Shown in pieces: positions 25,114 to 35,173 of a stretch of 64,000 bases of DNA. The notes under the pieces are model-generated. The model saw nothing but the letters and a program-made list of their open reading frames with translations. It had not been told where the DNA came from and made no database searches. Made by a program: the position numbers and the translations under genes. Within the stretch, counting starts at the first letter, position 1. Each line of letters begins with the position of its first letter. Origin of the DNA: Verrucomicrobiales bacterium (GTDB lineage: Bacteria; Verrucomicrobiota; Verrucomicrobiia; Verrucomicrobiales; V1-33); contig JANOAV010000057.1 in NCBI GenBank assembly GCA_031411295.1, forward strand, positions 1 through 64,000, written 5' to 3'.

Positions 25114-27831
25114 CTAGTTGGAGAGGGAGGCGAGTTCGCGTGTCACCAAGGTGAGTTTGTCGCGCATCTCGTCTGCCAAGCTAGCCTCATCCTGCAGGAC
25201 TGCCAGACAAATCTTCTCTTCGAGGAAAAAGGTGCTGGCGGCGTTGTCCAAGCGCATGGTGAAGGAACCCTGGACGGGCTGCCCCATGTTCTCGAGCATC
25301 ATTTTTAGAGACTGGTAACGCAGTCCCGCTTTGTCAAAGAATGCGGCCTCGGCGTCGGTAGCGTGGCCCTCTGTGGAAATTCCATTCCCCGTCATCAGGA
25401 CCGCCGCCCGCACTCCAGCAAGTCTGGAGACGTGCGCCAAGGCGATGGCTGGCGACATTTCGCCAGAGGCCTGCAACCAATGCCGCAGGGACATGTGAGC
25501 CGGATGCTCCCGATAGCCAAATTGGAAATCCTGGCTTACCGGAGCAGGCGCTGGGACTGGAAGTGGGGGGGCCTCGGCAATCGGTTCAGCTGCCGAGATG
25601 ACTCCTGATCCGTCCGTGGGCTGCTCCGCTGGTGCCGGAGCTGTCAGGACCATTTCGAGAACTTCAGAAGCAGGAGGGGTGGGTTGGAAAGCGCTGAAAT
25701 CTGGAGCTGCTACCACTGGCGCTTGGGTCGCTGGCGCTTGGGTCGCTGGCGGGGCCAAAGGCATCGGCAACGGCGGCAGAAAGCCGATGGGCTTGGTCAA
25801 TTCTGGTAGCTCAATCGCCAACGGAGCGCGCTCTAGTGCCGGAGCGGCCACCGCCCCCCGCAAAGGCAGATGGCTTGGTGGCGGCGTGCTAAGGGTGGAC
25901 GCAGGTTGCGGCGTGCCCAAATCATCATGGGCGGTGATGAAGGACGGAAGTTGAGCTTCTGCGATTTCTCCTGCGGGTTCTGGCACGGGCGGCGGCACCC
26001 GCAGCGGAGGCAGGTCCAGTGGGACCACTTGCTGGGCGATGGGTGTGGGGGCTGGCAGAGGGATTCTAGTGGCGTCCTCGGTGGCCCGGTTGGTAAATGG
26101 AGTCTCGAAGAACGAGGCTGGCGAAGCCAAGGGAGCGGGGGCGGCGGCGGGGATCGCCTCGCTGGGCAGCGCATGGAAGAGTTCTGAGAGCGGCAGGTTG
26201 GCCATCAGGCTGGGCTGAGCCCGGGCAAAGGCAGGACGGAATTTCTCCGCAACCCCGGAAATAATGTCATTGAGGCCAACTTGCACGCGGCCCGTCGCCA
26301 ACTGCGGCCGGATCAGGGACAGCGGAAAATCAACCATCACGGTATCCGGCACCTTCTCTGGGTCGAAACCCAGACTCTCATGACTAACGGAACGCAACAC
26401 GGAGGCTAGTCTCATGGAAACCTGGCCTGGAGCGGGTTCTGGAGCTGGTTCTGGAGCGGGCAGTGGCTGCGGTGCCGAAGCAACAGCCGGGACTGGTGCC
26501 ACCAATACGGCAGCGGTGGCGGCTGGCTGAGGGGCAGGTGGCGGCGGCAATACCAACGGCGGCAGCACTTCGGCAGTGGGGGCAGCAATCTGCGGCGGCG
26601 GGAGTTCCGCCTGCTCTACGGCAGGGGTCAGGGAGAACGGTGAGGCCGCTGGAGGCGCAGGCGCTGCAACAATAGTTGCTGGTGGCGGACCCAGAACCTG
26701 GGCACTTGGACTCACCACTTGAAATGGTGAACTCCCGTGGTTGGAGAAGGGAGACGCTGGCGCGGGATTGGGGGCAGCTGCGGGCGGTCCTGGCAGAAGT
26801 GATGGAGCACTGACCGCAAAGGGAGATGCGGGTATGGCTACGGCGGGCTGTGGCAAGCCACGGGGCTCCGCTGGACTTGGTGCGGGCTGCACAATTTGGA
26901 AAGGGGACGACGAGTGCGGAGCTGGAAATGCCGGTGGGCCGCTCAAAGGAGCCGCCGGAGCGGGGAGTCGCTCTGCCACGGTAAAAGGCGAGGATGGAGC
27001 ATGGGCAGTGATCGGAGCGGCTGGGGCCGCGGCCCCGGGTAAACTTGGAGCCAGTTGGAAAGGAGAGGCGGGCGGCACTGAGTTAACTGCTGCTGCCGGA
27101 GCTGCCGGTAGCGCAGGCTGGACCAAAGCAAATGGACTGGCGGTTGGCACCTCGGGCTTCACTTCGAATGGTGACATCTCAACCGGAGATGCGGTCTGGA
27201 ATGGACTATCCATTGGACTCAGCACTTCTGAAGCTGGCTCAGGGGTGGCTGACCTAATTGAGAATGGGCTGTCTGTGCCAGCGCTTCGCACAGGTGGCAG
27301 GGCTACTTGATTCCCTTCGAGAATGCGGCGGACTTTTTGGTAGGGTAAGGCGACCTCCTGATCCTCCCCAGGCATTAATTGGCGGCTAAAGAGATAGGGG
27401 CTGACCGCAAAAACTTGACTCAGCCGCAAGCAGGGGCGTCCTGCGAGAAAGGTTGCCCGAAGCGCTTCCAGCGGCAATGGCACTAAATAATCCGGCGGTA
27501 AATGTCCCGTGTTCAACAACTGTGGCGGCAACAGAATGCTCAGCTCCCGGATCGTGAAACCCTCCTCAGAGGCGGGCTGGAATGGTGAAGAAATGGACAT
27601 AGGCACAGGTTGGGGCGTGGAAGGCAATGCGGTGGCGGTGTTAAACGGGCTTGAACTGGGTCGAACATGACGTTCCTGAACTATTGAGCCATTGATAAAT
27701 GGCGTCGAACGGGGCCCATTAAGCTCCTTCGGCATGCCGCCACGAATCGATTCGCCATTGATAGTGGTGGCATTCGCTAGGCTGGGATCAGATGATTCGC
27801 GACGAAACAGGCTCTTAAGTGAAAAGGCCAT
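25114..27831 (-). CDS. Large Pro/Ala-rich protein with duplicated small domain and C-terminal roadblock-like domain
   Basis: About 905 aa, low complexity with 13 SPF motifs; C-terminus SRLAGVRAAVL...TFFLEEKICLAVL is roadblock-like; first gene of the mglA-mglB cluster. Confidence 0.8.
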   Translation of the reverse strand: MAFSLKSLFRRESSDPSLANATTINGESIRGGMPKELNGPRSTPFINGSIVQERHVRPSSSPFNTATALPSTPQPVPMSISSPFQPASEEGFTIRELSILLPPQLLNTGHLPPDYLVPLPLEALRATFLAGRPCLRLSQVFAVSPYLFSRQLMPGEDQEVALPYQKVRRILEGNQVALPPVRSAGTDSPFSIRSATPEPASEVLSPMDSPFQTASPVEMSPFEVKPEVPTASPFALVQPALPAAPAAAVNSVPPASPFQLAPSLPGAAAPAAPITAHAPSSPFTVAERLPAPAAPLSGPPAFPAPHSSSPFQIVQPAPSPAEPRGLPQPAVAIPASPFAVSAPSLLPGPPAAAPNPAPASPFSNHGSSPFQVVSPSAQVLGPPPATIVAAPAPPAASPFSLTPAVEQAELPPPQIAAPTAEVLPPLVLPPPPAPQPAATAAVLVAPVPAVASAPQPLPAPEPAPEPAPGQVSMRLASVLRSVSHESLGFDPEKVPDTVMVDFPLSLIRPQLATGRVQVGLNDIISGVAEKFRPAFARAQPSLMANLPLSELFHALPSEAIPAAAPAPLASPASFFETPFTNRATEDATRIPLPAPTPIAQQVVPLDLPPLRVPPPVPEPAGEIAEAQLPSFITAHDDLGTPQPASTLSTPPPSHLPLRGAVAAPALERAPLAIELPELTKPIGFLPPLPMPLAPPATQAPATQAPVVAAPDFSAFQPTPPASEVLEMVLTAPAPAEQPTDGSGVISAAEPIAEAPPLPVPAPAPVSQDFQFGYREHPAHMSLRHWLQASGEMSPAIALAHVSRLAGVRAAVLMTGNGISTEGHATDAEAAFFDKAGLRYQSLKMMLENMGQPVQGSFTMRLDNAASTFFLEEKICLAVLQDEASLADEMRDKLTLVTRELASLSN

Positions 27832-28147
27832 GAAAGAGGGTGGGTTGAGGAGTTGCCAATTTACCGGAGTTTTGGTCAACCCATAAGGAAAAACCGAAAA
27901 ATTGTCAACTTTAATTAATTTTCAAACTCAAAAAAATGTAAATTACATTTAAACGATGGGCTGTGTCGCGTTGGTCTATCTAGTCAGCGCCATTTCCATA
28001 GCCAGAGCAACTTTCATAACGGGATCGCGCCAGACGGCTGATTTCCTACCCATGAAATCTGGAAATTACAAATAGGGCTCAGAATTACGATCCGACCGGT
28101 CGCGATCTTGTCAAACAACCAGCAACAAAGAAAAATTAAAATTTGTA

Positions 28148-28175
28148 TTTACAAACGCCATACTTGGACTACACT
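28148..28175 (+). promoter_or_regulatory. Putative sigma70-type promoter
   Basis: TTTACA-16 bp-TACACT preceded by an A/T-rich UP-like tract (AAAGAAAAATTAAAATTTG). Confidence 0.4.
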
Positions 28176-28180
28176 ATAGA

Positions 28181-28415
28181 TGTGAAATCCGAGTCCTCAC
28201 GAAGAATTTCACGAATCCCCTCCCCAAACCGCAAAGGGGTGGAACCCCTAGTTCCTTCCCCAACACCAGTCGCCCCGTGGAATGAGTCCCCCTGCTCGTT
28301 CGCGGGGCGACTCTGTTCTCAGCATTGGTGGAGTATTAACGATGGAGCCGCTTTGCAACCTGTCGGAGGAGGAGTTCAGAATCTCCTCCGAGATTGCTTC
28401 ACTCACAGGATGCAC
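28181..28415 (+). ncRNA. Candidate structured non-coding RNA (strand inferred from the promoter)
   Basis: Consecutive inverted repeats 28182-28212, 28268-28312 and 28363-28391 plus smaller stems; no credible ORF. Confidence 0.3.
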
Positions 28416-28421
28416 GTCGAT

Positions 28422-31400
28422 CTAAGGCAGGCTGACTTCGACGCGATAGAAGCGTCTTGTGTCAGTGGAGTTCACATTCCAGGTGAAATTCTGCGCTGAG
28501 GTCACCGAGGTATAACTGCCGATCGGTTGCCAGCCTCCGAGCGCAGTGCTGGTCATCAGGCGGTAGCGTCGGTTCGTAATCAGTGGGAAGGTGATGCCGA
28601 GACCGGGATTGGCTGGAGCAATCGTCATCGACGGGACGCTGTCCTGCGTGATCGGGCTGAGGCCGAAGAGAAATTCCTGGAGGTTGGTCACGCCATCGAA
28701 ATCCGGATCGCCTGCCGAACCTTGATCGCCATCCGGATTGTTGCGATCCAAGCCGTGAGCGCTTTCCCAATAATCTGGGAGGCCATCATTATCCGAATCA
28801 GTTACCGCAGCCACGGCGGCTTTTACCAGCCTAGTGTCATTCAGCGTCACGGAACCCCGCTTGTGCTCCACGCGGACGTAATGCAGAAAGTTAGAATCGC
28901 CATTGTAGAGATTGGGGAAGGTAAATGTCAGGGCGCTCTCAGTGCCGGTCTCATTGCGGATGAAACCATAAGTGGCGCGCGGTTGGAAGATTTCCCCCTC
29001 CGGATCGCCACTGACTTGGCTGGCCAGATAGATGCTGAACTCGGGGATCAACAGCGCCTCGGCAATATCCACCCCAGGCGAGGATTGACCGAGCGTTTTG
29101 TTGAAGTAAACCTTCATTTGATAGGTGCTGGAAACGATATCGCCATCGTTGGTGGGAAATTGAATGCGAAAATTGGCCGGACTCCCTGTGGTGACTGTTC
29201 GCGTTAGGGTGGTGAACCAGCCTGCGGAGTCCGTTAGGTTGTTATCCGTTGAACTGGAGAGTTCCTTGAAACGAACCTTCACGCTGGCGGTGCCACTGGC
29301 GGGAATGTTGGTGTAAGTGAAGCGCCATTCCCTGGTGAAACTGGTGCCGCCGATTTGTTGTGGCGGATTCACCTCCGTGGCCTTGGCCCAGGTGGTGGTG
29401 CCGTTGGAATCCAGAATTTGATACCAGACTTCGTTCGTCTGATCGTCGCTGAGCACCACGAAACCGTAGCTGCTGCCACCCAGCGTGTCCCCATTGTTGG
29501 CGGGAAATTTAATCAAGCCCTGGGGAGCTTGTTGATCCAGGTAAAACGTCTGCGTGTTCGTCTTGTAAAGCGAGGCCTTGCCGCTGCGGGAAAGGAACGA
29601 GCGCGTGCGGACGACGTGCATGCCATCCTTGAGACCGGTGGCTTGCGTGCCCTTGTCACTATGCGGATAGTAGGTCACGGTGTTGGCATTGAAGCCCGTG
29701 ATTTTATAAATCGTTTCCATCCGTTCCTTCTTCCGCACTTCATCCATGCTGGAGGGATAACGGGTGGCGGCGGTGTTCTTGTAACCGCCGATTTTATACC
29801 GCAGCTTGGTGCCTGCTGGGAGTGCGGGAATGGTGCCGCGCCACCATTCTGGGGTGCCCCCTGCTTCGGCCGTGCCATTTTGCACCTTGGTGAAATCGAC
29901 AATTTGCGTGGAGCCACGGCCCTTGTTGCCACTGCCTTCAGGATAGGACGTGCCATCGGTGGTATAGTAAATTTTCACACTGCCCAAGGCGTCCGCCGTG
30001 TATCCCACTTTAACCACAAATGTAATCGGCTGGCCGGCTGCGCTGGCGGGCTGTGGCTGCATTTGCAGGGTGGTGTCGATGCCATGGCCGACTGCTGGAT
30101 TATGGAAGAGCCACTGGGCGGTGTCGGTATTGGTATCCGTGCCATTTACATCCGCCTGATTCAGCGTGATGCCGCTGGAACCGATGGTGGCCTCCCAGGT
30201 CTCCGCTCCCGGGCTGCCAATGATGACGCGCGTAATGTCCTGCGCGGCAAATTTCTCCGTCATGCGTCGTTCGAACTGCATCTGCTCGTAGCCGACGAAC
30301 AACTCCATGCCCTTGGGGTCGGCCGGTAGCGTGTCTGGGGGATTGTCGCGCTTGGTGCCGGTTAGGGGGCCGATGCTGAGTTGGGAATTCACATCCACTC
30401 CGCCGTCCAATTTGATCAGCATGTTCGCCACCGAACCATCACCCCGTGCCAGGATGGAGAGATTCGTCGCGGAAGTCACCCGAGGGATTTGCGCATTGTA
30501 AGCATAGGCTGGATCACCATTTTTCCCATCCACCCGACGTTGCGTCATCATCTCACAGTCCAGCCCATTCTGCTGAATCGTAATGGGGCGCACCGTGGTC
30601 GAGCCTTCGAAGGCCAAGGTGGCTTCCGGCACCGGCAGGCTGAACGCGAAGTAACCATTGCTGGGCGTGATCACTTGATTGGCAGTGAAATTTCCCGCCG
30701 CATCAAGTTCCTTAATTTTACCATCATTGCCAACGTAGGCATAGAAACTTCCGCCATGCGGGCTGTAGTTGCGGAGGATGGTGTTCGTCGGCAGGCTCGT
30801 GGTGAAGCCGCCGGGCTGACCCTGACCTGAAGTATAATTTCGCGCCATTAGGACTAGCAAGGTGGTGCCATCCGCATCGTTCATGGTGCTGCCTTCGGAT
30901 TTATCGCGGAACTCCCACGCTGCGAAATTCTGACTACTCCAGCGACCGAATTGCCCTCCGCGCACGAAGTCGCGACGGACCCGCAGGGCTCCTGTGATAT
31001 AGTTTTGACCATACTGACCCAGGAACGGCACGTAGGACGGCTTGGGGAAATAGTCCGGCCCGCCGGAGATGTTATAGCCATCGGTGTAAATGATTGGCAA
31101 CCCCGCGCGCATCAGCATGTATTGATGCGCGGCGGGACGTTCGCTGCCTGCCATGTAGTTGTTATCGTGGCTCAGGGTATACATCATGCCGTTATTGACG
31201 CCCTTCGTGAAGGAGCCGGGGTTATCATAGCCGCTCAAGCTCCCGCCAATGCCATTGCCCACGCCGTTAGCGAAATCATCATTGGCCAGACGCATCCCGG
31301 CATTGATGTAATCATCCGGATTCGGTGGGGCTCCCAAGTGCTCGCCAAACATCACCAAATCATTCCTTGCCAAGGTTTGATCGAAGTTGGTATCCCGATG

Positions 31401-32525
31401 ATTATCCCAATCCGTGAAACCGCGCGTCACATTAAATTGCTCCTGGGCCTGGCCAAGGAAACCCGCGTTGGACCGATCCTTGTTGACCCCGCTCATGAGG
31501 CCGAAGAAATAGTTCGGCACATGCTTCACGGCATCCAAGCGGAAGCCATCGCAATTCGTCTGATCCACCTGCCAGCGAATGGAGCGGATAACCATGGTGT
31601 TCACGTCTTCGGCCACGATGTTGCCCATGTCATATTTGCCATTTCCAAATCCCCAAGCCGCAGTTTGGCGCGCGGGATTTGTGGGATCCACACCCGTGTC
31701 TGTGAAGGGTTCGCTCGGCTCCCCGACATCGTGCTGGCCATTGCCGTTCGTGTCCTGCCAGTCGAATTTTCCGTTCCCAGCCCCAGTATTTCCAGCCCCA
31801 TAGCCGCTGTCCACATACGGTTCCTTGTTGGAAAAGGGATGCACTGGCTGGCCATCCGCATTGGTCGCCACCGTGAGATCAGTATCCAAGTAAAGCCACG
31901 GTTTCCCCGCATGACGAATGCCGATCCATTTGGGATAATCCAAATTCTCCGTCTGCCCCACCGGATCGAAGCTGGTGTTCCAATCTTCATAAGCAATGTC
32001 CCATGCGAAAGGATTGCGATTCAGCACCTGCCATTCGTCATTGTAATCGACCGAATCCGACGCCTTGCGCCAACCGCCACCGGCTTTGCGCACGAGGTGG
32101 AAATCCTCTGGCACAAATCCCGGAATCCCCGGAAACAACGTTCCCGCTGGCACATTATCCAACGGCCCGGCATTGTGCGCCATCACGTTGTCGAAATAAA
32201 TTTTCAGCCCGAAGCGATGCGCCTTTTCCACCAAGGAGAGCAACTCCGCCTTCGTCCCATAGCGCGTCCGCACGGTGCCAGACTGATCTTTATCGCCCAA
32301 GTCAAACCGATCAAAAACATCATACCCCACCGAATACGTGCCCGATCCACCCTTGGTCGGCGGCGGCAGCCACAGCGAGGAATATCCCGCCTCCGCAATC
32401 TCCGGCAACCGATACTCAATCTCCTTCCACGAAGTATTGAAATATTGCAGCACTGTCTCCTCCGCCACCAGCGAGGCGAACGGGGACAGGAACACGAGGG
32501 AAAAGATCAAAGACAGACGCTTCAT
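28422..32525 (-). CDS. Secreted alpha-amylase family (GH13) glycoside hydrolase, multidomain
   Basis: Signal peptide; WLPPPTKG, GYDVFDRFDLG, DNVMAH, DGFRLDAVKHV, FGEH, SHDN; C-terminal DSDNDG/DPDFDG motifs. Confidence 0.92.
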   Translation of the reverse strand: MKRLSLIFSLVFLSPFASLVAEETVLQYFNTSWKEIEYRLPEIAEAGYSSLWLPPPTKGGSGTYSVGYDVFDRFDLGDKDQSGTVRTRYGTKAELLSLVEKAHRFGLKIYFDNVMAHNAGPLDNVPAGTLFPGIPGFVPEDFHLVRKAGGGWRKASDSVDYNDEWQVLNRNPFAWDIAYEDWNTSFDPVGQTENLDYPKWIGIRHAGKPWLYLDTDLTVATNADGQPVHPFSNKEPYVDSGYGAGNTGAGNGKFDWQDTNGNGQHDVGEPSEPFTDTGVDPTNPARQTAAWGFGNGKYDMGNIVAEDVNTMVIRSIRWQVDQTNCDGFRLDAVKHVPNYFFGLMSGVNKDRSNAGFLGQAQEQFNVTRGFTDWDNHRDTNFDQTLARNDLVMFGEHLGAPPNPDDYINAGMRLANDDFANGVGNGIGGSLSGYDNPGSFTKGVNNGMMYTLSHDNNYMAGSERPAAHQYMLMRAGLPIIYTDGYNISGGPDYFPKPSYVPFLGQYGQNYITGALRVRRDFVRGGQFGRWSSQNFAAWEFRDKSEGSTMNDADGTTLLVLMARNYTSGQGQPGGFTTSLPTNTILRNYSPHGGSFYAYVGNDGKIKELDAAGNFTANQVITPSNGYFAFSLPVPEATLAFEGSTTVRPITIQQNGLDCEMMTQRRVDGKNGDPAYAYNAQIPRVTSATNLSILARGDGSVANMLIKLDGGVDVNSQLSIGPLTGTKRDNPPDTLPADPKGMELFVGYEQMQFERRMTEKFAAQDITRVIIGSPGAETWEATIGSSGITLNQADVNGTDTNTDTAQWLFHNPAVGHGIDTTLQMQPQPASAAGQPITFVVKVGYTADALGSVKIYYTTDGTSYPEGSGNKGRGSTQIVDFTKVQNGTAEAGGTPEWWRGTIPALPAGTKLRYKIGGYKNTAATRYPSSMDEVRKKERMETIYKITGFNANTVTYYPHSDKGTQATGLKDGMHVVRTRSFLSRSGKASLYKTNTQTFYLDQQAPQGLIKFPANNGDTLGGSSYGFVVLSDDQTNEVWYQILDSNGTTTWAKATEVNPPQQIGGTSFTREWRFTYTNIPASGTASVKVRFKELSSSTDNNLTDSAGWFTTLTRTVTTGSPANFRIQFPTNDGDIVSSTYQMKVYFNKTLGQSSPGVDIAEALLIPEFSIYLASQVSGDPEGEIFQPRATYGFIRNETGTESALTFTFPNLYNGDSNFLHYVRVEHKRGSVTLNDTRLVKAAVAAVTDSDNDGLPDYWESAHGLDRNNPDGDQGSAGDPDFDGVTNLQEFLFGLSPITQDSVPSMTIAPANPGLGITFPLITNRRYRLMTSTALGGWQPIGSYTSVTSAQNFTWNVNSTDTRRFYRVEVSLP

Positions 32526-32700
32526 AACGAGGGGGGGAAGTAATTGGGGAGAGCCAACAGTAACGGATTCCCGCCGGACATAGAAGCATTAATTTTAGCT
32601 GATTTTGCACCCAAGGTGGCTCATCAAAGATGGGGACAGTCCGCTGGAATGCTCCTTCCTTCATTCACAGCGCAGTCCAGCAGACTGCCGGCCACTCTGA

Positions 32701-33711
32701 CTAGCTGTCCTGAACTGCTTCCAACAATTCCTTGGGCGTGACTGTGGCCGTGCCGATCTTCCCGACCACAATGCCGCTGGCGATGTTGGAAATTTCCGCC
32801 GCCACGGCTCCGGTGGCTCCTGCAGCAAGGGCCAGCGTGAACAGCGCGATGGCGGTGTCTCCGGCTCCAGAAACATCGAAGACTTCGCGCGCGCGGGTTG
32901 GAGTGTGGTAGGGCGTTGCTACGGGGTTGCTGTTTTCCAGCAGGGCCATTCCGTGTTCTCCCAGCGTGATGAGCAACAGTTGGGATTCCCATTCGGCAAA
33001 CAATCGTGCCGCCAGGGAGGGTAGCTTCGCGAGCAAATCCGTTTCCGTGATTTCGCCAGGATCAGCCATGCGGGCGGCTGCGAAGGCTTCCTTGCGATTC
33101 GGCTTGATGGCAGTGGCGCCCTTCCAGTGGATGGGATTGCTGGGATTCGGGTCCACCGTTAGGATAATGTCACCTCCCTGCAATTTTGGCGCCAACTGGT
33201 CCACGAATTCCTGGGTGATGAGTCCCTTGGCGTAGTCTTCCAGAATGATGGCATCCAGTTCACCTAACTTCGGTTCCAGCCAGGCCCAGATCTTCTCCCA
33301 AGTAGCTGCGGAGGCTGGTTGCAGGCGCTCGCGGTCGATTCGCACCACGTGTTGGCTGCGGGAAATGACCCGGGTTTTCACGATCGTTTCGCGCTCGGGA
33401 TCTTGGATGATACCGCTGGTGTCGATGCCGGTTTCCGCCAGCAATTCCGTCAACTGCGTGCTGTGAACATCCGCCCCGGTGATCCCCAGTAAATGAACTT
33501 TACTGGCAAAGGGAGCCAGATTCCGCGCCACGTTAGCAGCTCCGCCCGGATAGGCGGATTCCCTCGTCACATGCACGATGGGGACGGGCGCTTCCGGGGA
33601 AATGCGGCTGACATTTCCCCAGAGAAAACGATCCAGCATGACATCGCCAATGACGAGCACGCGCTTGCTGCGAAAGGCTTCCAGGTAGGGTTGGAGTTGG
33701 GCGGTGGTCAC
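32701..33711 (-). CDS. D-glycero-beta-D-manno-heptose-7-phosphate kinase (HldA / HldE kinase domain, stand-alone)
   Basis: GDVMLDRF..RISPEAPVP, GGAANVA, DYAKG, PNRKEA, DVSGAGDT; GTG start inferred. Confidence 0.92.
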   Translation of the reverse strand: MTTAQLQPYLEAFRSKRVLVIGDVMLDRFLWGNVSRISPEAPVPIVHVTRESAYPGGAANVARNLAPFASKVHLLGITGADVHSTQLTELLAETGIDTSGIIQDPERETIVKTRVISRSQHVVRIDRERLQPASAATWEKIWAWLEPKLGELDAIILEDYAKGLITQEFVDQLAPKLQGGDIILTVDPNPSNPIHWKGATAIKPNRKEAFAAARMADPGEITETDLLAKLPSLAARLFAEWESQLLLITLGEHGMALLENSNPVATPYHTPTRAREVFDVSGAGDTAIALFTLALAAGATGAVAAEISNIASGIVVGKIGTATVTPKELLEAVQDS

Positions 33712-33721
33712 AGTTGTAAAT

Positions 33722-35173
33722 TTAGAGCAGATGTTTTTCGAGCAATTCACCCACCGTCTTGGGATTCGCCTTGCCGCCGCTCAGCTTGATCACTTGGCCC
33801 TTCAGTGCGTTAATGCCCTTGGCGTTGCCGGCTTTGATTTCGCTCACTAACTTCTCGTTCGCAGCAATGACTTGGGCAATGTAGCCGTCGATTAGACCAG
33901 TGTCGGACACTTGCTCGAAGCCCTTCTCCTTAGCGATCTCAGCGGGATCGCCACCATTGACGGCCATTTCTGCGAAGACTTCCTTGGCTTGGTTGTTGCT
34001 GATTTTATTTGAATCCACCATGCCAACTAACGTTTTGAGTTGTGCGGGCTCTATGCGGGAAGTCGCCAGCGTTTCACCTGCGGCATTCAGTATGCCTAGC
34101 AAATCATTGATCACCCAGTTGGCGATGCTCTTGGGCTTGGCAGATCCTTCTGCGGCCACTTCGAACCAATCCGCTAGTGCCGGATCGCTGGCTAGAACGC
34201 TCGCGTCGTAATCACTCATCCCATATTGGGAAACGAAGCGCTCACGCTTGTCATGCGGCAACTCAGGCAACGTGGACCACACGCCTTCAACAATTTCCGC
34301 TGTGTGCAATGGCACGAGATCTGGATCGGGCAGATACCGGTAGTCATGTGCATCTTCCTTGGTCCGCATGATGGAAGTTTCCCCCCGATCATCGTCCCAC
34401 CGACGCGTGCTCTGGATCTGCGGGATGCCTGCGCTGAGTTCGGCAGTCTGACGTTCGATTTCGAAATGAATCGCGCGACGCACTGCGCTAACGCTGTTGA
34501 GATTCTTCAGTTCCACCTTGGCGCCCAACTCCTTTTGGTCTTCTGGGCGCAGGGAAATATTTACGTCACAGCGCATCTGGCCTTTCTCCATATCGGCATC
34601 GCTCACGCCCGCATAGACCAGAATTTGCCGCAGGCTGTTAAGGTAAGCCACGGTTTCTTCGGCGCTTTCCAGTTCCGGCTCGCCCACAATTTCCATCAAC
34701 GGAGTGCCCGCGCGATTGAAATCAATGATGCTGTTGCTAGCCAAGTGGCTGCTCTTGCCCACGTCTTCCTCCAAGTGAATCCGCGTCAGGGCGATGACCT
34801 TTCCGGGCCGCTGGATGGACTTCTGCGCATCCTTGGGATAAGCCAGATCATAAAGCGGCACGCCGCCACCCAGACACAGCGGAAGGTCCGTCTGGGTGAT
34901 CTGATAATTTTTCGGCATGTCCGGGTAAAAGTAATTTTTCCGATCCCACTTCACCATCGGCGGAATGGAGCAGCCCAGCATCATCCCGGCCACAATCGTC
35001 ATCTCAATCGCCCGCTGATTCAGCACCGGCAACGCCCCCGGCAGGCCCAGGCAGACCGGACAAGTATTCATATTCGGCCCAGCCCCAAAGCTGGTGGGAC
35101 AGGCACAGAACATCTTGCTGGCAGTCTTCAACTGACAGTGAACTTCGAGTCCAATGGTAACGAGATAAGGCAT
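33722..35173 (-). CDS. gatB: Asp-tRNA(Asn)/Glu-tRNA(Gln) amidotransferase subunit B
   Basis: IGLEVHCQL, CLGLPGALP, RKNYFYPDMPK, HLEEDVGK, NRAGTPLMEIV, RCDVNIS, DYRYLPDPDL. Confidence 0.97.
   Translation of the reverse strand: MPYLVTIGLEVHCQLKTASKMFCACPTSFGAGPNMNTCPVCLGLPGALPVLNQRAIEMTIVAGMMLGCSIPPMVKWDRKNYFYPDMPKNYQITQTDLPLCLGGGVPLYDLAYPKDAQKSIQRPGKVIALTRIHLEEDVGKSSHLASNSIIDFNRAGTPLMEIVGEPELESAEETVAYLNSLRQILVYAGVSDADMEKGQMRCDVNISLRPEDQKELGAKVELKNLNSVSAVRRAIHFEIERQTAELSAGIPQIQSTRRWDDDRGETSIMRTKEDAHDYRYLPDPDLVPLHTAEIVEGVWSTLPELPHDKRERFVSQYGMSDYDASVLASDPALADWFEVAAEGSAKPKSIANWVINDLLGILNAAGETLATSRIEPAQLKTLVGMVDSNKISNNQAKEVFAEMAVNGGDPAEIAKEKGFEQVSDTGLIDGYIAQVIAANEKLVSEIKAGNAKGINALKGQVIKLSGGKANPKTVGELLEKHLL

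Noticed and set aside
25716..25750. Short tandem repeat encoding PATQA-PATQA-P
   Set aside because: Ordinary 15-bp in-frame slippage within a low-complexity linker.
28143..28499. 118-aa + strand ORF in the structured intergenic region
   Set aside because: TTG start inside the putative promoter, no motif, overlaps the GH13 3' end; better explained as non-coding.
29355..32543. Long + strand ORFs (324 and 530 aa) opposite the GH13 gene, and similar antisense ORFs opposite metH, gatB and the L,D-transpeptidase
   Set aside because: Shadow frames of GC-rich coding sequence; H/R/I-biased composition and no motifs.
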